A stretch of DNA of 62,247 nucleotides, from NCBI GenBank assembly GCA_036245275.1, contig BTID01000001.1:1-62247 (forward strand), read 5' to 3'. The position numbers and the translations under genes are program-made. The stretch is from Termitinemataceae bacterium. GTDB lineage: Bacteria > Spirochaetota > Spirochaetia > Treponematales > Breznakiellaceae. Positions 8,731-20,217 of the stretch are shown piece by piece; the first letter of the stretch is position 1; each line of letters starts with the position of its first letter. The notes below the pieces were generated by a model, which was not told the origin of the DNA, did not search any database, and was given only the letters and a program-made list of their open reading frames with translations.

Positions 8731-11654
8731 TATTTTATATTATCGGCGATTGGAGGCAGGTTTATATCATCAGGCGGGGCTTCTTCTTCCACAAAATCAA
8801 CATCAATGTATTCTGCATCCATATCCAAACCTTCGTTTTCGCCCATCTCGTTATTGCCTCTTCGTATTTTTAGGGCGACGGTTTTTGTAACGCCGTTTTC
8901 CATTGTAACACCCAACAGTGTAGATGCGCTGGTGCTTGTTTTTGTATTGTGAGTAATCACGATGAATTGGCTTTTCTTACCGAATTCCCGCAGCATTGCA
9001 ACAAAACGGCTTACGTTATCGGCATCAAGAGCGGCATCAATTTCGTCAAGAAAACAAAACGGTGAAGGTTTTACAAGGTATGTTGCGAACAAAAGAGCAA
9101 CCGCCGTCATTGTTTTTTCGCCGCCGGATAACAGACTGATGTTTTCAAGTTTTTTGCGCGGAGGCTGTGCAAAAATCTCAATGCCGGATTCCAAAACATT
9201 TTCGGCATCAACAAGACGCAAAATCCCCTGCCCGCCTCCAAAAAGCCGCCGGAACATATTATGAAAATTCTTTTTTATTTTTGCAAAACTTGACATAAAC
9301 ATATCCGAAGATTTTTGTCTGCTGATAGCCGCTACTTCTTCCATGTCGGATTTTGCTTTTTCCAAGTCTTCGATCTGTTTGCTCATAAAATCATAGCGTG
9401 TCTTGACTTCTTTAAATTCCTCCGGTGCCATATAGTTTATCTGCCCCATTTCGCGTTCTGCCGCTTTTTGTTTTGCTAAATCTTCGCGCAGTGCGGCTTG
9501 CGGAATTGTAATTTGATAAATACGCTCCTCGAATTCCAAAAGGTCGCGTGAATGTGTTTCGCGGAAATTTTCCTGAATATTATTAATCTCGTTTTCCGAC
9601 TGTGCTATTTCTAAAGTTAGTTTTTCTACTAAAAAACGCGCCTTATCCAGAGACTCTTTTTGTTTTATTTGCTTTGCCTGCTTGCCGGAAACTTCGCTGT
9701 TGCGCTTGGTAATATCCTTTTCCAACTTATCCAGCTTAACCAAAATCTCTTGTCCGCGTTTGGTAATATCAGCAATTTCTGATTCAGTATCTTCTATACG
9801 CTCGTTAATTTCTGAAAAACGTTTATTTTGAGCAAAGATTTCATCCTGTACCGCCTTTAATTGAGCTTCCTGTTCGGCAATTTGCCGCCTGATAAGCCTT
9901 GCTTTATCCTCAGCGGCAGCTTTTTCTGCAATCATGCGGGTGCGGTTCATCTGTAAATCGTGCAATGTTGCCTTGTATTCATCAATTTTGATGCTGATTT
10001 TTTCGTTTTCGCCGCGTAGTTCGATAATTTGCTGCCTTTTTGCGGCAACCTGCTCTTTACAAGATCTAATTTCCGCATCAAAGCTGCGTTTTTGGGTGAT
10101 AATACCTTCAGGAGCCAAGAATTCGTCAATAAATGTAGGAGTACTTGCCTTGTAAGCGGCAAATAATGTGTTTATATCGCGTACAAAAGCAGCACTTTCA
10201 CCAAAAGCTTCAGCTAGAGTTTGGGCAATTTGCTTGGTTTGATTGGGGTTTAAAGGATTGCCTGATGCTGCCCTATCTGCTGCGTCTACAAGGTCGCGCA
10301 ATAAAACTTCCCTGCCTTTTAACAAAGTTTCCAGTTTTTTAAGTGCTTCTTCCAAGCTTTCTTGATTTTTTACGCGCTCTCCAGCAGAATAACCGGCATT
10401 TTTTAGACCGGCATCAAGCGCCGCGACAATATCATCAGTAATTGATTCAAGTTTTGTCTCTGTTTCGCCTCGTTTTGTCTCCAAATTGACAATATCAGCC
10501 TCGCAATCCTTGATAGTTTCGTCATTTTCTGTTGATTTTGATGCTGCAACATTGATTTGTTCGGTAAAAGAAGTGATATTTTCTTCGTAACTCTGCACTT
10601 TCTTCTGTAAATCGCGGACAACACCGTCTTGCTCGTCAGCATCTTCGTTAAGTTCTTCGATTTTTAGAGTAATTGACTGCAACCGTGATTCGATCAATGC
10701 AATTTGCCCGCTAATTTGGGTGCGCTGCTCGGTTAAAAGACCCACTTCATTTTCTTTGTTTGTTTTATCTTTTTGTAAAGATAAGCCTTCAAGCTGGCAG
10801 GCGGAAAGTTGATTTTGCAGAGCGGCAACTTCGTCAACAAAATCGTCCAGCGTTTTGGAAGTTTCTTCAAGCTCCTTTTGCAGGCCATCGCGTTCTGTTA
10901 TGCGGTTTTTTAAGGTTTCGCCGCGGGCATCCCGCTCGTCACGAAATTGTTTAAGGCGTAACAACTGAATATCACGTTCAAGACCGAAAATTTCATCTTT
11001 TAAGGCACGATAACGGATAGTTTTTGCCGCCTGAACCTCTAGTGTATCATAATTACGCTTTATTTCCTTGATTAAAGCCTCTACTTGCTTAATATTTTCC
11101 TCAGTTCTGGCAATTTTTAGCTCTGCTTCGCGTGTTTTTGCCTTATAACTTGTAATTCCTGCGGCTTCTTCGAATAAATACCGCCTATCCTCCGGCTTGG
11201 AAGATAAAACTTGATCTATTTTGCCCTGTTCCATCACGGAATACGCCGCTTTTCCAACGCCTGTATCCATAAAAAGTTCGCGGACATCTTTTAATTTTTT
11301 TTCCTGCGAATTTATTGAATATTCACTTTCACCTGAGCGGTAAAGACGGCGGCGGATCTGCACTTCCGGCATATCAATAGGCAGCAAACCTGTTTCGTTA
11401 GCAAGAGTTAAGGTAACTTCTGCCACACTAAGCGCCTTTCGCGATTCTGTACCGTTAAAAATAACGTCTTCCATTTTGTCGGCACGCAGCGCGCCTGTTT
11501 TTTGCTCGCCTAGAACCCACTTTATCGCGTCAACCACATTCGATTTACCGCAGCCGTTGGGTCCCAAGAGTGCGGTAATCCCATCGGCAAATTCAATGCG
11601 CGTTTTGTCTGCAAACGACTTAAAACCAAAAATGTCCAAACTTTTTAAAAACAA
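8730..11654 (-). CDS. smc: Chromosome partition protein SMC
   Basis: N-terminal Walker A is FKSFADKTRIEFADGITALLGPNGCGKSN. There are long coiled coils and a hinge. The C-terminal signature LSGGEKTMTAVALLFA and Walker B CFLDEIDAALD are present. Confidence 0.95.
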   Translation of the reverse strand: MFLKSLDIFGFKSFADKTRIEFADGITALLGPNGCGKSNVVDAIKWVLGEQKTGALRADKMEDVIFNGTESRKALSVAEVTLTLANETGLLPIDMPEVQIRRRLYRSGESEYSINSQEKKLKDVRELFMDTGVGKAAYSVMEQGKIDQVLSSKPEDRRYLFEEAAGITSYKAKTREAELKIARTEENIKQVEALIKEIKRNYDTLEVQAAKTIRYRALKDEIFGLERDIQLLRLKQFRDERDARGETLKNRITERDGLQKELEETSKTLDDFVDEVAALQNQLSACQLEGLSLQKDKTNKENEVGLLTEQRTQISGQIALIESRLQSITLKIEELNEDADEQDGVVRDLQKKVQSYEENITSFTEQINVAASKSTENDETIKDCEADIVNLETKRGETETKLESITDDIVAALDAGLKNAGYSAGERVKNQESLEEALKKLETLLKGREVLLRDLVDAADRAASGNPLNPNQTKQIAQTLAEAFGESAAFVRDINTLFAAYKASTPTFIDEFLAPEGIITQKRSFDAEIRSCKEQVAAKRQQIIELRGENEKISIKIDEYKATLHDLQMNRTRMIAEKAAAEDKARLIRRQIAEQEAQLKAVQDEIFAQNKRFSEINERIEDTESEIADITKRGQEILVKLDKLEKDITKRNSEVSGKQAKQIKQKESLDKARFLVEKLTLEIAQSENEINNIQENFRETHSRDLLEFEERIYQITIPQAALREDLAKQKAAEREMGQINYMAPEEFKEVKTRYDFMSKQIEDLEKAKSDMEEVAAISRQKSSDMFMSSFAKIKKNFHNMFRRLFGGGQGILRLVDAENVLESGIEIFAQPPRKKLENISLLSGGEKTMTAVALLFATYLVKPSPFCFLDEIDAALDADNVSRFVAMLREFGKKSQFIVITHNTKTSTSASTLLGVTMENGVTKTVALKIRRGNNEMGENEGLDMDAEYIDVDFVEEEAPPDDINLPPIADNIK

Positions 11655-11746
11655 AGAAAACTCCCAGCTATGTCATAGTAGACTACCCTAAAAATTGTAA
11701 AGTTTCAAGGTAAAATAGGGTGCTTGTCAAGCCAAAGTGATCAAAT

Positions 11747-12092
11747 TGGAGATGGCGGGAGTTGAACCCGCGTCCTAATACGCGTTGTGTAAACTTCTAC
11801 AGGTTTAGCCGTGGATTGAATTGTCGAGGGTCACTTGGCTTCGCGGCACGCGGGGACCCCGTATTTTGGATTGTTCTTATCGCATAGCGTCCAAACACGC
11901 TAATTGACCAGCCCTGATTGCGACGCAGCATCCGTCCCTCAAGGCGGCGGGGCGGTGCCGCGCGATTATGCCGCTAAGGCGTAGTCGTAATTGCTAGTTT
12001 TGGCAATTAATTTTTTTGCCGAATATTAGGAGGTCGGCACTCCACCTGCAGCCTACACCCCGAACCGTACCAGTCGAAACCGGAACATCCCC
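11747..12092 (-). ncRNA. ssrA: tmRNA (SsrA)
   Basis: The minus-strand 5' end is GGGGATGTTCCGGTTTCGACTGG. The 3' T-arm/acceptor is GGACGCGGGTTCAACTCCCGCCATCTCCA. The internal tag reading frame GCC AAA ACT AGC AAT TAC GAC TAC GCC TTA GCG GCA TAA gives (A)KTSNYDYALAA*. Confidence 0.85.
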
Positions 12093-12108
12093 AGTGCAAA
12101 CTGTACGA

Positions 12109-12137
12109 AGATTAAACAATTTTTAGCTTTATGTCAA
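12109..12137 (-). promoter_or_regulatory. Putative sigma70 promoter of ssrA (TTGACA-17-TAATCT)
   Basis: On the minus strand TTGACA is at 12137-12132 and TAATCT at 12114-12109, with a 17-nt spacer. This lies ~17 nt upstream of the mature 5' end, so a short RNase P-processed leader is expected. Confidence 0.4.
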
Positions 12138-12163
12138 TAGGGCTGAAAAGTGTGTGCTGAAAT

Positions 12164-12254
12164 GGGTGCAAACAATTTTTAATGGCACATTTAAAGAATT
12201 TTAACACGGAGGCACACAGAGGAACACGGAGGAGAAGACGAGGAATAAGAATTT
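12164..12254. repeat. Half copy (one arm) of the palindromic MITE-like repeat family
   Basis: GGGTGCAAACAATTTTTAATGGCACATTTAAAGAATTTTAACACGGAGGCACACAGAGGAACACGGAGG...AGGAATAAGAATTT matches the left arm of the copies at 38688, 54633, 59979 and 61939. The second arm is absent. Confidence 0.65.
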
Positions 12255-12313
12255 AATAAAAACACCCCGCCTCAGAGCCTGCACGTAGGTTATGCTTTGG
12301 TCTTTGTTGATAG

Positions 12314-14317
<2,004 letters not shown>

Positions 14318-14320
14318 ACA

Positions 14321-15508
14321 ATGTCTCCAAAAAAATTCACCGTAACGGAGCTAACAGACCTTATAAAAAGGCAGCTTGAAAATACGTTCTCCGGTGTGCT
14401 TGTTGAAGGTGAGATTTCTAATTGCAAAATGTCCAGTTTGGGGCATCTTTATTGGACGCTAAAGGATACCGGCGCGGTAATTTCCGGCGTTATTTTTAAA
14501 GGCAGCTTGCGCTATCTGGACTTTCAGCCTAAAGACGGGATGTTTGTACGTGTTACCGGACGGATTTCGGTTTACGCGCCGCGCGGTGCCTATCAGCTTG
14601 TTGCAGAGGCTATGGAGGCTGCCGGCACAGGCGATATTCTTGCTATGCTGGAACGCCGAAAAAAGATGTTCGCTCTTGAGGGGCTGTTTGACGAGGCGCA
14701 CAAAAAACCAATTCCGCGTTTTCCTGAAAAACTTGCAATTATCACCTCGCACACCGGTGCGGCCCTGCGTGATATATTAAATATTCTAAAGCGCCGCGCA
14801 GCCGGTTTGGATGTCGTAATTCTGCCTACACCTGTGCAGGGTGAGGATGCAGCCGAATTTATAGCTGCCCGTATACGGCAGGTTAACCAATGGAAACTTG
14901 CTGATGTTATTATTTGCGGACGCGGCGGAGGATCACTGGAAGACCTGCTGCCGTTTTCCGATGATTGTGTTGTCCGTGCAGTTGCTGCCTCTGCAATACC
15001 GGTAATAAGTGCCGTTGGACACGAAACTGATATGTCGCTGCAGGATTTTGCCGCCGACTTGCGCGCCCCAACACCTTCTGCTGCGGCGGAATTGGTAAGC
15101 GAAAATTATGCCGACACCTTGAATGCAGTCCGCTCGTTTTCTGCTCAAATGCACCGCACAATCAGCGGACGTCTTGAACGCGCCGCCCTGTTGATTAAGC
15201 CTTTTAAAACAGATTATTTAGAACGAGCGTTCCGCTCAATTTTGCAGCCGCGCCTTATACGCCTTGATGATGCAAAAGAAAATCTTTTGTACGGACTAAA
15301 AGAAAAAATAACAGATATGCGCAGCCGCTATAACATCGCAAAAGCTACTTTAGAATCCTGCGACCCCGCAAAAATAATGCAGCGCGGATTTTCTGTCGTT
15401 GTAAATACACGCACAGGGAAAGTCCTACGCAAACCTCGTGATACAAAAAAAGGCGATGTTCTTGCAATACGTCTTTTAGAAGGCAGCGTAACAGCTAAGA
15501 CTCAGTGA
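14321..15508 (+). CDS. xseA: Exodeoxyribonuclease VII large subunit
   Basis: It starts 3 nt after the gyrB stop. It has the N-terminal OB fold (VLVEGEISNCK...GHLYWTLKD) and the catalytic-core pattern GRGGGSLEDLLPF...VGHETD. Confidence 0.9.
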   Translation: MSPKKFTVTELTDLIKRQLENTFSGVLVEGEISNCKMSSLGHLYWTLKDTGAVISGVIFKGSLRYLDFQPKDGMFVRVTGRISVYAPRGAYQLVAEAMEAAGTGDILAMLERRKKMFALEGLFDEAHKKPIPRFPEKLAIITSHTGAALRDILNILKRRAAGLDVVILPTPVQGEDAAEFIAARIRQVNQWKLADVIICGRGGGSLEDLLPFSDDCVVRAVAASAIPVISAVGHETDMSLQDFAADLRAPTPSAAAELVSENYADTLNAVRSFSAQMHRTISGRLERAALLIKPFKTDYLERAFRSILQPRLIRLDDAKENLLYGLKEKITDMRSRYNIAKATLESCDPAKIMQRGFSVVVNTRTGKVLRKPRDTKKGDVLAIRLLEGSVTAKTQ

Positions 15509-17051
15509 TAACAGTCTTTGTTTTTTTTCTTAAACGATTACTTTTTTTTGTGTCGAAAGTTTTTTGCAGTTTCCATGTAATTGTCCAAAGCCAGCTTGAA
15601 TCTTTTCCTGTGTTTGAACATTTTACATTTAGCCGTCCATATTTACCGGATATGCCTGCATAGAATGCAGCATTCCAAACATCCTCCAAATTATTCGAAT
15701 CATTTTCTTTTTCGCCAAATTTTGTTAACGATCCGCTTGCTTTTAAATTTATAAATATTTTTGACACCGGTATTGCAGTAGAAATAGCAGCGGTAAATTT
15801 TACAGATTCAAACTTATGATCATTTTGAAAATTTATATACGGAAAAATTTTATCGGTTTCTTGTGCAGTACTTGATTGTTTTATTGCTACATCGAATGAC
15901 GGGCGCACAGGCCCTGCATTAAAAAGTGATTTTATTGTCCATACATCACTTATCGCATAACGGTCATGCGCATTGTGATCCATCTCAAAACTTAAACGTG
16001 CAGGCGTAACAAGAAAATTTTTTATTACAGGAAATCTATAGTAAATAATACTTGAAGACTGATCAAAAAAATTATCTATGCCGGGACTTTTTAGTGTTGT
16101 GGAAATTTTAAAAAAAGAACTGCGCATACCAAACCATTCAAATTTTGCAGCACTCCGTAAACCGGCACCGACAATAGCTCCTGTACTTGAGCTGTAACGG
16201 CTTCCGCTAGCATCTACAGCCAGTGAAACACGCCATGGCGATGAACCTATGCGCAATGCGCCGTTGGCATAAATATCGGAACCCCAACTAAAAATTTGCG
16301 ACTGTGCAAAATCAAAAGCGGCACTTACATACGGATTAGTAAATACAAGACTGGCTGCATAATAACGCATATCTCTTTCTTGCAAATATATTTTATCGGA
16401 AAACCATCCGAGCGATTTTCGTTGCGGCAAAGTTTTTTGTGTCCAAAAAAATTCGCTGCGTATTGAGGAAGCCCTGCCGAAATTATAATTTACACCGGCT
16501 GTCCAATCTGTATTTTTATCTGCACTAACATGCGGTGCAAAGTAAGCATAAAAATTTTCAAGATTAAGTTTGCCGTTAAATATTTTTCGTCTAGGACTTA
16601 TCAACTGCGCATAGAATTCATTTTTTGCACTTTCAAGAGCAGTGGTTTTTAAGTCTGCATTTGATACTGTATGTGTTTCCAGCCATGGAGCCGAGTGCGA
16701 AAAGACATTTGCGCTCCGTTTGGAAAGTCCGCTTGTTTCTAAAGTACCGTAGAGAATTCTAGACCCTGTTTTTTGATGATACAAACCCAATCCAAAATTT
16801 ATATTGCCGTCTTTAAACTCACCTTTTGGCGGTACAGGAGCTTCGTGTGCAGATGTTAAGCGAAACATAAAACTAAGCGGCATATACAAGCGGACATTCA
16901 TACGGTTAGTAAGTGCCGATTGCTGCACAAAAGAACCGGATTCGTAAATGTCCAAAGTAACAGGTAGTTTTTTTTGCTCTTGTGCAAATACATTAAAAAA
17001 TATTGCGGCACAAAAGACAAAAACAAAAATTATTTTTTTTATTTTATTCAT
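15495..17051 (-). CDS. Hypothetical secreted / outer-membrane-associated protein
   Basis: Signal peptide MNKIKKIIFVFVFCAAIFFNVFAQ. Composition is beta-rich with alternating aromatic residues. No recognised domain. The 3' end overlaps xseA convergently by 14 nt. Confidence 0.5.
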   Translation of the reverse strand: MNKIKKIIFVFVFCAAIFFNVFAQEQKKLPVTLDIYESGSFVQQSALTNRMNVRLYMPLSFMFRLTSAHEAPVPPKGEFKDGNINFGLGLYHQKTGSRILYGTLETSGLSKRSANVFSHSAPWLETHTVSNADLKTTALESAKNEFYAQLISPRRKIFNGKLNLENFYAYFAPHVSADKNTDWTAGVNYNFGRASSIRSEFFWTQKTLPQRKSLGWFSDKIYLQERDMRYYAASLVFTNPYVSAAFDFAQSQIFSWGSDIYANGALRIGSSPWRVSLAVDASGSRYSSSTGAIVGAGLRSAAKFEWFGMRSSFFKISTTLKSPGIDNFFDQSSSIIYYRFPVIKNFLVTPARLSFEMDHNAHDRYAISDVWTIKSLFNAGPVRPSFDVAIKQSSTAQETDKIFPYINFQNDHKFESVKFTAAISTAIPVSKIFINLKASGSLTKFGEKENDSNNLEDVWNAAFYAGISGKYGRLNVKCSNTGKDSSWLWTITWKLQKTFDTKKSNRLRKKTKTVITES

Positions 17052-17262
17052 AACATGTAGTAAAGGGTCATCTTTGAATGACGCTTTACTTTTGGAAAAA
17101 ATAAATTAAATTTTTGTGAAGAATTCACTAACTCGTGATAAATTCACGAAAACAAAAAGAAAAGTAAAGCGCTATGCAAGGATCGCCTGTTATTATTACA
17201 TACGGTTATTTTTTTCCGTAGCGGCACTTTTTTGAGCCGTAACTTTTTTTGAAGAGGCTTTT

Positions 17263-17682
17263 ATGAACAACCTCAATTCTATTTTGATCGAAGGTAATTT
17301 GGTTAAAGATCCTGATTACCGGCAAACATCCAAGGGGACAGCACTTTGCACATTTTGCCTTGCTTCTAACCGTTTTTACAAACTTGATGACAACATGGAA
17401 AAAGAAGTAAGCTATTTTGATGTGGAAACATGGCAAAAGTTGGCAGAAAGTTGCAAAACACTGGGACGCAAAGGACGCGGTGTACGTGTCGTTGGACGTT
17501 TGAAACAAAGCCGTTGGAACTCAACGGACGGTGCCGCACATTCACGCATTACGATTGTAGCCGAGCATGTTGAATTCCGGCCTGACTTTAAAAAGGGGCA
17601 GGAATCTGCAGCGCAAAACATTTCTGATTTTCCGGAGATCAACAGACAACAGGAGGTGATGCCTAAAGCAGCAGCATTCTAA
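17263..17682 (+). CDS. ssb: Single-stranded DNA-binding protein (OB fold), atypical C-terminus
   Basis: SD GAAGAGG. MNNLNSILIEGNLVKDPDYRQTSKGTALCTFCLASNR...VRVVGRLKQSRW is a typical SSB OB fold. The C-terminus ...PKAAAF lacks the acidic DDD(I/L)PF tip. Confidence 0.85.
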   Translation: MNNLNSILIEGNLVKDPDYRQTSKGTALCTFCLASNRFYKLDDNMEKEVSYFDVETWQKLAESCKTLGRKGRGVRVVGRLKQSRWNSTDGAAHSRITIVAEHVEFRPDFKKGQESAAQNISDFPEINRQQEVMPKAAAF

Positions 17683-17691
17683 ATTGGTTTT

Positions 17692-17771
17692 AACTGACCG
17701 TCCCAATCCAAATAACCTCCTTTTACGACTTTTTATTTGGAACCTCCCAATTCCCTAAGAGACGGTCAGTT
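17692..17771 (+). terminator. Nested stem-loop after ssb (11-bp outer stem, 9-bp inner stem) followed by a T-rich run
   Basis: AACTGACCGTC (17692-17702) pairs with GACGGTCAGTT (17761-17771). The inner pair is TCCAAATAA/TTATTTGGA. It is followed by TTTATTTATTTATTTT. The large loop makes it a non-canonical terminator. Confidence 0.35.
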
Positions 17772-17794
17772 TTTATTTATTTATTTTCGATTTT

Positions 17795-18370
17795 TTAGGT
17801 TTTTATTTTTAATGGTAAACCGCATACCATAATTTCTACGGCATCGGCTTTTTGTGCAATGACTCTGTTTGCATGGGAGAGCATAAGGTTAAAGTTGCGT
17901 GTTAGCTCATCGCAGGGTATGTTACCAAAACCGGTTTCGTTACTAACAATAACAACATCATCTTTTTGTGCAGAGGCAACCGATAAAAAAGAATTCAGGA
18001 TTTTTTCAAAATCGGCTTCACGTTTATAATAAATAAGGTTGTTGATCCACATAACAACACAGTCAAAAATAACACGGCTGCTTGCCCTCTCTAATGCCTT
18101 GTCAATTTCCAATTGTTCTTCGATAGTAGAAAACCCATTCTGTGTACATTCTATTCCGCCGCATATACTGTGTCCGCATATTCCCAAGCCGCCGCGTGCC
18201 GCGCAAAATTGTGCCCGTTCTGTTTTATGATTTTCTACACGGCGGCGCATCTCATCATCAAGTGTAGAAGCTGTCGCTATAAATGTTATCGGAAACTGCC
18301 AAGCGGCGGTAATCTCCAAAGCGCGCCGCGACTTGCCTGATTTTACGCCGCCTGTAATTAAAGTGATCAT
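17795..18370 (-). CDS. cobU: Adenosylcobinamide kinase / adenosylcobinamide-phosphate guanylyltransferase (CobU/CobP family)
   Basis: The N-terminal P-loop MITLITGGVKSGKSRRALE is typical of CobU, and the size (~190 aa) fits. No other cob genes are adjacent. Confidence 0.75.
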   Translation of the reverse strand: MITLITGGVKSGKSRRALEITAAWQFPITFIATASTLDDEMRRRVENHKTERAQFCAARGGLGICGHSICGGIECTQNGFSTIEEQLEIDKALERASSRVIFDCVVMWINNLIYYKREADFEKILNSFLSVASAQKDDVVIVSNETGFGNIPCDELTRNFNLMLSHANRVIAQKADAVEIMVCGLPLKIKT

Positions 18371-18373
18371 CTT

Positions 18374-18976
18374 CTACCTTTTGCTATCAATTGAAACTGT
18401 TGCCCCCTGACCTGTACGTGCAGGAAGCTTTCTGAAAAAGCCGAAGATACTGCCGCAGAATCCGCCTATGATGTGTGCAAATTGCGCAACGCTATCCGGT
18501 GTTAATGCATTCACAAATTCATTGCCTATATAAAACACAACGACAAGAATAAACGTAAGCGGAATTTCACCTTTGCGGAAATTAGTAAATGATGCCAAAA
18601 GTATCATCATAAAAACTACACCGGATGCACCTAATAAGTTTGCCGGAGAAATTATTATGTTAGCAAGCCCTGTAACAAGGGCGGTTATTATTATCATAAA
18701 TAAAAGCGATACTGATCCGTAAATATCTTCCAGCATTGGACCTACTATTAACAGAATTAATAAATTTCCCGTTAGGTGATCCCATGATGAGTGCCCTAAA
18801 ATATGGGTAAAAAGATTTATCCAGTTACGCACACTATGCGAATCAAAATGACCTCTGCCCGGCACGGAAAATAACAGCTCCGTCAAATGCGGGAAAAATG
18901 TCTGTGTTAAAATTAAAATAACTGCACAGCCAAAAACAAACGACAGAATTACAGGTGAATTGTATTTTACTTTCAT
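18374..18976 (-). CDS. Rhomboid family intramembrane serine protease
   Basis: Six TM segments. The catalytic GASGVVF (GxSG) motif and the downstream HIIGGFCG histidine motif are present. Confidence 0.8.
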   Translation of the reverse strand: MKVKYNSPVILSFVFGCAVILILTQTFFPHLTELLFSVPGRGHFDSHSVRNWINLFTHILGHSSWDHLTGNLLILLIVGPMLEDIYGSVSLLFMIIITALVTGLANIIISPANLLGASGVVFMMILLASFTNFRKGEIPLTFILVVVFYIGNEFVNALTPDSVAQFAHIIGGFCGSIFGFFRKLPARTGQGATVSIDSKR

Positions 18977-18985
18977 AATATCCTC

Positions 18986-19762
18986 CTACTCGTATATAAT
19001 TTCTACGGGACAATGATCAGATCCCAAAACTTCAGGACGTATTTTTGAATCTTTTATAAAATTCACTGCGCCGCTATCTACACAAAAATAATCCAAACGC
19101 CACCCCACATTTCTAGCACGCGAGGCCGCACGGTATGACCACCATGAATACGCTGCAGCTTGTTCAGGATAAAAATGACGGAATGTATCAATGTAACCTG
19201 ATGCAATCCATTCATCCATCCATGCACGTTCTTCCGGTAAGTAACCGGCATTGCCTTCATTTTCTTTAGGACGAGCCAGATCTATTGGGTTATGTGCAAT
19301 ATTATAATCACCGCACAAAATGATATGTTTGCCTTCTTTTACAAGTGCGTTACACTTTTCTAAAATTGCATTGCAAAACCTAAGTTTGTATGGCAGACGC
19401 GCCCCTGCTTCCTGCGAGTTAGGAAAATATGCATTTATTAAAACAAATCTTTTGTAAAACGCAATAAGCACTCTGCCTTCATCATCAAATTCTTTTATAC
19501 CCATGTTGTGTACATCCAGTGGTTCTTCTTTTGAAAAAATTGCCGCTCCGGAATATCCTTTTTTTACAGCGCTTGCCCAAAAAGTTTTGTACACATTGTT
19601 ATCTTTATCTAAAGGATTGATTATTTCTTTTACCAGTTGTTCGGGATGTGCTTTAGTTTCTTGAATACAAAGAATATCCGGCGAATTAGTTTTTAGCCAT
19701 TCCAAAAAACCTTTCTCTGTAACAGAGCGCACTCCGTTTACATTCCACGATATTATTTTCAT
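18986..19762 (-). CDS. xth: Exodeoxyribonuclease III (AP endonuclease)
   Basis: MKIISWNVNGVRS...LCIQETK...GDYNIAHNPIDL...SDHCPVEI. I prefer the ATG at 19762 because the ORF-track start at 19789 is a TTG that adds 9 non-conserved residues. Confidence 0.9.
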   Translation of the reverse strand: MKIISWNVNGVRSVTEKGFLEWLKTNSPDILCIQETKAHPEQLVKEIINPLDKDNNVYKTFWASAVKKGYSGAAIFSKEEPLDVHNMGIKEFDDEGRVLIAFYKRFVLINAYFPNSQEAGARLPYKLRFCNAILEKCNALVKEGKHIILCGDYNIAHNPIDLARPKENEGNAGYLPEERAWMDEWIASGYIDTFRHFYPEQAAAYSWWSYRAASRARNVGWRLDYFCVDSGAVNFIKDSKIRPEVLGSDHCPVEIIYE

Positions 19763-19785
19763 ATTTCCAGTATACACAATTAAGA

Positions 19786-20217
19786 TCAAATAAAATACAT
19801 ATACGCAACTTCATCATCTTTACCGTTTGCAATGGAAGCAAGAGTTATACGATCGATCACCTCTGATATTTTTTTATTCAAAGGATCGTAAACCATACGC
19901 CGTATGCAGGATGCAATCGCAGTTTCTTTGCCGCCGGCACATATATCTGCAACAAGCATATCACCTTCTAAAGAGCGCAGAACATCACCTATCACAATTT
20001 CTTCGCAAGGGTGGTTAAGCGCATAACCGCCTGATGCACCTTTTACTGAGCGTATAAAAGATGCACGCCGCAGAATGATGGCAACCTGCTCCAAGTATCG
20101 CACAGAAATATCCAAACGTTGTGAAATACTAGATAGTGTAACACAATCTTCGTTTTCGTGTTCACTAAGATCCAACAAGAGCCTTATGCCATAGCGTCCC
20201 CTTGTTGATATTTTCAT
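19786..20217 (-). CDS. Rrf2 family transcriptional regulator (non-canonical Cys pattern)
   Basis: MKISTRGRYGIRLLLDL...VRYLEQVAIILRRASFIRSVKGASGGYAL is a winged-HTH of Rrf2 type. It overlaps the upstream Rrf2 gene by 4 nt. Confidence 0.85.
   Translation of the reverse strand: MKISTRGRYGIRLLLDLSEHENEDCVTLSSISQRLDISVRYLEQVAIILRRASFIRSVKGASGGYALNHPCEEIVIGDVLRSLEGDMLVADICAGGKETAIASCIRRMVYDPLNKKISEVIDRITLASIANGKDDEVAYMYFI

Noticed and set aside
8962-11691. Multiple 60-100 aa ORFs antisense or out of frame within smc (e.g. 8962-9264, 9934-10155, 10403-10642, 11476-11691)
   Set aside because: They lie entirely inside a strongly supported 974-aa SMC gene. They have low-complexity composition and no SDs.
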